This document shows, in pieces, positions 55,758 to 64,000 of a stretch of 64,000 bases of DNA; the first letter of the stretch is position 1; the number at the start of each line of letters is the position of its first letter. Origin of the DNA: Epiperipatus broadwayi (taxonomy: Eukaryota > Animalia > Onychophora); the NCBI GenBank assembly GCA_028023455.1, contig JAQFVV010000010.1, positions 5,270,001 to 5,334,000 of the forward strand. Direction: 5' to 3'. Below the pieces are notes generated by a model. The model saw only the letters and a program-made list of their open reading frames with translations, was not told the DNA's origin and searched no databases. The position numbers and the translations under genes were made by a program.

Positions 55758-55890
55758 CCTTGCTCGGACTGAAAGTAACTTGGCAGTTCGATCATGAGTG
55801 TGATCACAAATAATACACAGCATTTCTTTAAGTGATGCATCTAGTTTATTATATTCATTTTCACTTATTATTAAATCAACTTCTGATGAC
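55758..55890 (-). CDS. VPS54: VPS54 internal coding exon (SSEVDLIISENEYNKLDASLKEMLCIICDHTHDRTAKLLSVRAR)
   Basis: Acceptor tactttag, donor gtaaac, 133 nt, phase 2 to 0. Resembles human VPS54 'IQELLYSASDICHDRAVKFLMSRAK' (recalled, not aligned computationally). Confidence 0.92.
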
Positions 55891-56016
55891 CTAAAGTATA
55901 ATGAATAATATATAAAACATTTTAGAACACTGTCTATACTAAAAAAATTATATTCATGCATACATTTATCCATTAATATAAGCTAGGCATAAAAATATTT
56001 TAAAAATATTCCTTAC

Positions 56017-56135
56017 ACTGTTACTTGCATATGTGTAACTTCTGGTGTACTGGTCAGAGTCTTGACAGGTGAAAGAGGAGAATGTGCCTTGCCTGCAGCA
56101 ATATTTATGACATCACTCATTATATCAAAAACTGC
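56017..56135 (-). CDS. VPS54: VPS54 internal coding exon (AVFDIMSDVINIAAGKAHSPLSPVKTLTSTPEVTHMQVT+GT)
   Basis: Acceptor ttttttctag, donor gtaagg, 119 nt, phase 0 to 2. Open in one frame only, and joins in frame to the next exon across a 126-nt intron. Positionally matches the VPS54 segment after 'RVK' (human ATLNIIHSVV). Similarity is weaker than for the other exons. Confidence 0.8.
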
Positions 56136-59100
56136 CTAGAAAAAATAAATCCTTTAATTTTTAAAGCAGAATATTTATTTACATATTTTAATTGAGAAGA
56201 TTTAATTTAAATCAGAAATATACTTACACTGTCAGCTATAATAATTAAAAAAATATTTTGATTTATATTATATTTAGTTATTCCAAATTTATACTCAATT
56301 ATTTTTAATTCAAAAACAGATTTCTAATGCATGAGTATTCTTGGCTGTTCTTAGCAAATATATATCTAAATATTATTAGCTGACATTTTAATTATCTAAA
56401 TTAACTCTGAAACCAAGCCATTAGGATAAATTGAAATTTTATTAGATTTCCTTTTTTTTTTTAATGATGGTTATTAATTATAAATAAAATTTATGAATGC
56501 ATTTGTAAACTGATTTGTTAGATCAAATAAAATGATTTTTAATAAATAAATAAAAAAAGCCACTAAATATTAAATGATAATAGCCATCTGGTGCTCATAT
56601 AAGAAAATGTAGACAATGAAAGACTAGATATATTTCTAGAAATAATGCAAAAGAGAGAGAGCAAATCTATAATTTCTGATTTTGTTTTCTATAATTTAAT
56701 CATAAAATGCAAAAAAAAATATATTTGAAAATCAACTTTCTTTCATATTGTTAATTCAAATCTATACTTAAGTCTATTAAATTTTAGGAAATTTTTTTTT
56801 GACAAATCATGGAACAGATTGAATGCCAAGCATACACTCTTCCAGGACAATCTTGTTTTCTAATAGGAAAGACATTAAAATTAATTCAAATTAACATTAA
56901 GAGTATATCAAAATCAAAAAATGGATGTTTTCTACAATTTAATAATTGTTTAACACAACACTGATGTAATAGCATTTCAGGAGAGTCACAATTCTTTTAA
57001 TAATACATGTCTTAAAATCTTTGGCTTCTTATTGGTTCTTGACAAAATGCATATTATACATAATATATGTACCTTTGTATCAAACCATCTCCCCCCCCCC
57101 CCCCCAAAAAAAAAAAACCCAGTTTATAAAAATTCACCATTCAGCTAAAAAAAATTATGTAAGGAGTATTGATAAATCTATCAATATAAATTGATTCTAT
57201 TCTAGTCTTCAAAAAATTCCTGTATATTCTATATTTATAGATTTCAATTCTCATTGTAGCTTTTGAGGATAAGCAATTGAGGTTAAAATGGGTTATCAAA
57301 TTTTAAAGTGAATGATTTTAAATAACATGCACATACTTTAAAATATTAAATATAGAGGCATATTCCATCTAAGCAGTTAGATCATAGAGAAAATCTCTGA
57401 TTTATATTTTGTTTCAATGCAAAATTATTCATCATCACCTGTTGGTCTATTACTATTGAATCATATCCTCCCTAGTCAACAAAGGCTGTCTTATTCTGCT
57501 TGAAATTCATATTTCTATACTGAAAAGTCACTCTGTCCCAAAATAGAATTTAAGAAATGGTAATTGGTTTCAATACAGTGGATATCTTTATATGGAATGT
57601 TAATTGAATCTTACCTACTCCTCTTGATATGACAGATTTAAAAAACTCATAACAACTGTCAAAGGCCTCATCCCTCAGTGATTCACTCCAGATTAGAATA
57701 AAGACAACAGTGCTTTTTATTGTTAATATTGACTTAATAAAGATCCAGAAAATCTCTGGATAATGCTTGAAAAAAAAGATGGAGAGAGACTATGAAAAAC
57801 AAAACTTCATGAGATCTAGTTGAAAAACCAGGCTTCTTTTACATAGGCTTAGTGATTGTAGAAGCACCTCTAAAAGAACTACCATTGTCATTGCAAATAA
57901 AATTGCCAATCTTATATAAGATATTTCTAAAACCAAGATTGATAGAAACAGAAATTAGAGCAGAATTACATGCTTCTTTTTTACAAAGTTTCTCTAATAT
58001 CAACCTAATAAAACCAGTAGACTAGGTCAACATGATTGCCTTTGATAGTCTTAAGCCAAGAACCTCAGAAGCAGAAGAATATTTGACTTCCTAAAAATTC
58101 AAGCCACTGTTAATATTAATAAAAATCTATTCCAAAAATTTGGTATAAATGCAAAAAATCACATAGCACTGCCATGTAATGCATTACTCAGAACTTATCG
58201 TAGATGTCTCTGAAGTAGAGTGGAAAGAACTGCCTTTTGAATATTTGATAAATAAAATAATAGTAAAAATCCCACAGCATCTCAAAAAAAAAAAAGCTGT
58301 TGTCAAGCAAAGAAACTTTTAACATGCTGTGTTCCACAATTATATTCCTAAGAGCAGTTCTCTCTATCCAATCTAAGTCATCTACTACAGGCTTGAAAAA
58401 CTAATGGACACTATAATAGTGTTATATGATATCCATTTTTCAAACAAATTTCTGATTTTGCCTTCATTAGTGAGAACTTACAATTTAAGCCTGATACTAA
58501 TTGACTTATGCATCTAGCAGTTATCTTCAATTGCTTTATAACAAATTTCAGAGTTTTGAACTCAAGCCAACTTGTTTGCATAATTATATTCATTTTACTC
58601 TACAGTTGATTTACTGTAAGCTTGAAAAATCAATGGACTTTGGATAAATAATGTTATATAATATCCACACCTCCAGACTGCTTTTTGACTTTTTTTTTTT
58701 TTTGTTAATAACTATCTGACATCAGAACATTAATTATATATTTTAGTAAGCTCAGTTTTATGCTAACTATAGAATCATTATGCTCTTTGGCATGGAAACT
58801 TAATTACCAATAAAATATCATAACTTTCTCATCCTAATTATGTGCTTCTCTTTATCCTACTCTAGAATTATCTACTGTAATTTGAGTAATCAATGAACAC
58901 TGGATGTTAATACTACATAATATTCATATCCAAAATAGGTTTCTGGGATTTTCCTATGCTACTGAGATCTTAGGATTTAAATCTGGAATTAATGCACTTA
59001 TGTGCCCAGTGGCAGTCTTTCACTGTTTTACATTATTTTTTTAAGATCTAAAAATTCTAAAAACCCTAATGTTTTTGAACATGTAGTAATTCCATTCCAT

Positions 59101-59479
59101 AGTTATATTTATATAGCAAAAAAAAAAAAACAACAATCTGATGAAAGTGGATATTATGTTGCACTATCAATCTAGTGTCCAAGTTTACGATGACTGCAGT
59201 GTAGGATGAAAAGAACTGCTCTTCAAAGCACATGAATAAATTGAGAAAGTTATAACATTTTGTTAGTATTAATTTTCTTAGCCAAAAGTAGAGGGATCGA
59301 CAGTTGTTGTAAAACAGAAGTCATTAAATTCTATAATTACTAATCTGGTGTTAGATCTATCAAAACTTTAAGGTTTTTTCAATTTTACACATTAGCTTGA
59401 ATAATATAAAGGAGTTAAAAATGATTATTAGATGCATAAATATATTAGCATGTTTTGAATTCTAAGTTCATATAGATGA

Positions 59480-60480
59480 AGTCAAAAACCAGAAACTGAT
59501 CTGAAAATGTGATACACTGTGGCTTCTCCTTTCTCAAAGTCAGGAATCTCTCAGCCATTATGCTCAGAGACCCTTCCCTTTCCATTCCATTCCCCACCTT
59601 AAGTTTTTCCCATATTCTTCTCTATCCTGCTTCATTCAATTCCCAAAACATAATCTTTATCAACTCTATGGCCTTTATACCCCCTTATTTTACTCCAAAC
59701 CCATAATAAAAATCAAGAACCTACTTTCTGTATAATCACTTTGTTTATATTTATTTTCCACAACTTTATTATTTGTACTCTTTCTGCTTGTAGGCATTTA
59801 CATTCAATTAACAGATGCCTAATATTTTCTATGTCTTCCTTACATAACTTACAGCCTAAATCAGCCATGTTTTTCCATTTATGTGTATATTCCCTTGTTG
59901 CTAATGATCCTGTTGAGCCTTAAATAGAAAACTATTTTCCTTGCTATTATCATAAATTAACTCGCAGCCAATATTCTGTTTATTTCTATGTATATTTAAA
60001 CTCTTTTTACTCTCCATACTAGTTCTCCATCTCTCCAACTCCATATTTTTTATTAATACATCTATTTTTCAATCCCATTCCTTACCATTGTAACACTCAA
60101 CAATTCTCCTAACACAATCATCTCACCTTTTGTGTAAGTATATTGACATAAAGTCTTTATCCCAATTTTCTGCATACTGTACTACCTTTTTCACCCATCT
60201 TGTTGCCTGTCCTTTACTCATAACCTAATTAAATATTATTTTGGCTATTCCCTTATTATCCATAAATTGCAATCTACTGAACATTTTCATTTTGCTTTTT
60301 GCATCTCTCATATAAAAACTTGATCATCCCATTTCTCCTTGAATTGCTTTCTTTGCTGTCCACACATCTGCAATGAATGCATATTTTCTTACTTCTCTTT
60401 GTACTTTTTCTAACACCCCTTTAACTAATACAACACATTGTTACCATAAGTTAACCCTGCTATTGCTACTCCCTTCTATA
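59480..60480 (-). mobile_element. LINE 3' relic (post-RT region and zinc-knuckle)
   Basis: LEKVQREVRKYAF..AKKAIQGEMG*SSFYMRDAKSKM and LATREYTHKW..CKLCKEDIENIRHLLIECKCL (CxxC..H..C). Confidence 0.8.
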
Positions 60481-62169
60481 CAATTCTTACTACATCATAT
60501 TTATTATAATAAAAAAATCAAGTCAGATGTCACATGACTTAATTTTAATAAAGCTTGTATTTACAAATGTTATATATAGAGCTCGCAAAATATGCTCTTA
60601 ACAATCTTTGAGAATATCCTCAACCCCAGGGATCGTCAGTGAGGTGCCAGGATATTCAATCATTAGATTAAAGATACTAGGATAAGCCAAAACTTTATCT
60701 AATGTATAACTATTGAGTATAATTAATGTATAACTATTGCTGCTTATTGCTACTGAAATGTTTTCTGAAAAGATCCTGGTTACTGACATCACATCTTATA
60801 TAGCAATAATGTATAATTGAATATCTTGAAATATCGCTCCATTCACACATTAATTTTTATATGTCATATAGTTGTAGTATCAGGAATATATGTCCTCTAT
60901 GAAAGTAAGATTACGTGTACTCAGAAAGTTCTATGGCAAAATTCAATTTAAAGATATTTAAATATTTTCTAAGTAAGGTATCGTGACACTGTTAATTTAT
61001 CCAAGGGGCAATGAAACAGATAATTAGAAAACGCAATTAATTCCAGAAAACCTATTTTGGTAAGCATTATTTAGAAATAAACTTAATATCAGAGTAATTC
61101 TTATTCTAGCTTCAAACTGGTATATGAGAAATGACTTAAACTGTCATCTTAGAGAAAATAATTATATTCTATTAAATAGGTGAAATACTTATTTAAATTC
61201 ATATTTTAAAAGAAATCTTAATTATTGCTATGTAATTAGCAATTAATTAAAATAGCATATGTTTAATTATATTTTGGGTCAGCCAAATAGGTAACAACAT
61301 AAGTAATTAAAACTTGTTATTCACTAAAATGAATAAAAATATACAGAATTTTTTGTTGTTGTTTTTTAAATGTGTATGAATATTTTGCATTATTTATCTT
61401 GCTTTGTAAAAGTAAAAAGGTAATGGTAATATAATAGGTAAAAATTTGTTCCAGGAGTAATTCAAATCTTACCCACCTTTAAAAATATATACTATTATCC
61501 CAGAATTGTTTTAATCTAATGACAAATGTGGAATAAATTTATCAAAATGAATATTTTGTTTGTCAAAGAAAATAATTTTTTATTTTATTTTAAGCTTGTC
61601 ATATTCAAAGTTGAATACAGTTGTGTAAATAAAATTTGCTTTTACTTCATATATCTTTAAATAAAGCAAATATAGACATGTACAACTTTAGAATATTTTT
61701 GTAAATAAATTAATCTCGTTGAATTTAACAATTATGTCATATAATATTATTTATGTTCTCCATTTCTCTATTTGTCATTTACAAAAGAATACTGATTAAA
61801 GTCAGTATTCACTTTATTGCACATTTCCAACAATTATGCAATATTTATTATATTTATGAAAATGATTACCTTTATTAAGAGATATAATAATTAATTCATG
61901 AATTATTAGAAATTCAGAACATTATTGAAGAAATTAAAATTTGGTTAAACATGCATAAGAGTTAACATATTGAAGAATCACATAAATTTATTTCAGAATT
62001 TAAGAATTTTCTTTGGTTTATTTTACATTTAAATATAGAACTTGCTATCAATATTTTAAGATGTGCAAGAAGAACTATATTTGGATATTCCTATGTAAAA
62101 TACTTTGTTGATGAAGATTAGAATTTTATTAAGCATTTACAGAAGGTTATAATAGTATACTTATCACAT

Positions 62170-62225
62170 TGATGATGATGATGATTATTATTATGATTAT
62201 CATGATGATTATTATTATTATTAAT
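62170..62225. repeat. (GAT)n/(TAT)n compound microsatellite
   Basis: gatgatgatgatgattattattatgattatcatgatgattattattatta. Confidence 0.85.
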
Positions 62226-62366
62226 GTTCATCATGAGAGATGATTTTCGTTATTATTATTTTAATAATCCCAGTCATGCTTTAGTATTTTTAAAATTATA
62301 GCATAAATCTTTCTTGATTTATCTCAAACTCTACGAGACCCAAAAGTAATCAATATTGAAGTTTTG

Positions 62367-62517
62367 TTGTCATGTTGCAGAGCAGAGCCATTATAGTTTA
62401 TTGACTGTAATAGATTATTGTATTACCTTTTCTAAATTTATTTGGATTATTGGATTCAATAAAAGATATCATTTGTTATCCAATATCCTCTGCTTTGTTC
62501 TTTCTGCAACATGACAA
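62367..62517. repeat. Short inverted repeat pair, possible tiny MITE
   Basis: ttgtcatgttgcaga (62367-62381) and tctgcaacatgacaa (62503-62517), plus inner gcagag/ctctgc. Confidence 0.55.
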
Positions 62518-63059
62518 TCCTGAGATATATGAAAGTTAAATTATAATAGTTTAGATAAAAATCTACTTAGAGTTTAAAGTTAAAGATATTATTTTTTATT
62601 ATAATCAAGTTTAGTATCATTGTTAGGTATTTGATTTAAATATTAAAGTAGGATTCTTATTGTTAATCATGGAGATGTGATTGCAATTCTTTAGGGGTTG
62701 GAGTTCAATTATATTTCTATGTAGTCAGATAGCTATCTTTGATGCTTATTTGACTTTAAAGCGGACCGTACCTCTCAGTATGGAAACAGACTCATGAAAA
62801 AATTTAATATTATTATTATTATCATTATTCTGAGCTAGATAGTTGTTAATTAGCAAATAGTTATTTGTCAAGGTAGTTAAAATTAGTTTATATTATTATT
62901 ATCATTAGTAGATTATTGCTTTTAACTGTTTGTAGCTTTGACTTCGTTCCCGCACTCGTGGCAGATTACAATATATATAAGCTAATTCATTTATATAAAT
63001 ATTCTTATAATAAAAAACCTTAGAATGTTTGAATTTTCCAACTCATTAACTTGAATAAC

Positions 63060-63600
63060 ATAATTGAACTAAAAAGTGCCTCCTGTATGACTTCAAGATA
63101 CACTTTCCTACTAAAATGGTGAAATTAACCCAAGAATTTATTTGATAATACCATTTGGTATCAATTGATAACTCATGCTTATGTGGATCAATCTAGGCTG
63201 GAATAATATAGATTATTGATTATCAAATACAGATTAAATTTAAGCTTGAGGAGTTATATATTACTTGCCTTCTGTAATAAGTCCAAACATACTTACAGTT
63301 ACCTTAAAAATAAATTCCTAAAAAATACAGTTATTGAGTTGGTATAAACCTAATTATTCATGCATACAAAAACAATGCAAGGGGTGTTTGCATTTAAAGT
63401 CTTAGGATGTTTGAAAATTTCATACCATTAATTTTGAATATCATGACATGATTAAATGATAGCTGCTGAAGAACTATGATGCAAAATAGTGTTCTCTGCG
63501 GAAGAAGACCAATATCCAAAAACTGATCTAGATATCTTTGCATACTAATGTGTTTATATAAATAATGCAGGAATGAATGATGTAGTATGAACTATTACTG
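63060..63600 (+). mobile_element. Possible piggyBac-like transposase relic
   Basis: Ordered fragments LLYDFKIH, KNLFDN..LITH (FDNWF-like) and HAYKNNARGV (YN..MGGVD-like). Many stops. Confidence 0.45.
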
Positions 63601-64000
63601 TCAGAATTACAAATTTTCAAAATATTAGTTATATCAACACAAATTTTATTTGAATTAATTATAAAGTCAGTGAAAATGGAAGGGTTATTGTTTTATTTAT
63701 TTTTTGTTTTGATTATCTTTAGATTACATTAAATCATACTAATTCAAGATGAAATGATATTAATTATTATTAGATAAAAATAGAGTTCTTCATTACATCT
63801 GAATGATTTCTTTTTTAAAAAATACTACATATTTATCTATTATCATCATTATCTATTAAAAAATTCACCCCATACAATAAATCAAATTACATAATGTTGT
63901 AAATGGAAGCATCTTTTTATTTACAATTCACATTAAAACAGGCAGATTATCATGTTTAATGGTATAATTCACATTTTGAGATGTATAGTTTTTTGAAGAA

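Noticed and set aside
60770-60815. LVTDITSYI resembling the IS3 integrase motif WVTDITYI
   Set aside because: Isolated short match with no other IS3 motifs in a eukaryotic intron.
1-64000. CRISPR arrays, operons, tRNA or rRNA genes
   Set aside because: None seen. The 1-1180 repeats are long diverged units without unique spacers, and the DNA is eukaryotic intron.

Overview
AT-rich animal genomic DNA, most likely arthropod (inferred from the LINE families and VPS54 sequence). The supplied ORF track uses prokaryote-style starts and mostly reports noise or transposon debris. The window is an internal stretch of one long minus-strand gene, VPS54 (GARP complex subunit). I find six GT-AG exons with mutually compatible phases (56017-56135, 55758-55890, 42961-43092, 35020-35069, 26609-26691, 5478-5532), 572 coding nt in total; the start and end of the gene lie outside the window. 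The introns are filled with decayed elements: several Penelope-like elements (PLEs), RTE and esterase-ORF1 LINEs, a Gypsy pol relic, two ~2.6 kb solo LTRs, mariner, probable hAT, CACTA and piggyBac relics, and foldback MITE-like hairpins. The most interesting feature is at 1-1180: a tandem plus inverted array of a ~320-360 bp unit carrying a minimal Type I hammerhead ribozyme, i.e. a retrozyme or PLE pseudo-LTR type array. Its consensus is fully canonical. The only copy with an intact catalytic core is antisense to VPS54, while both complete sense copies carry core mutations.
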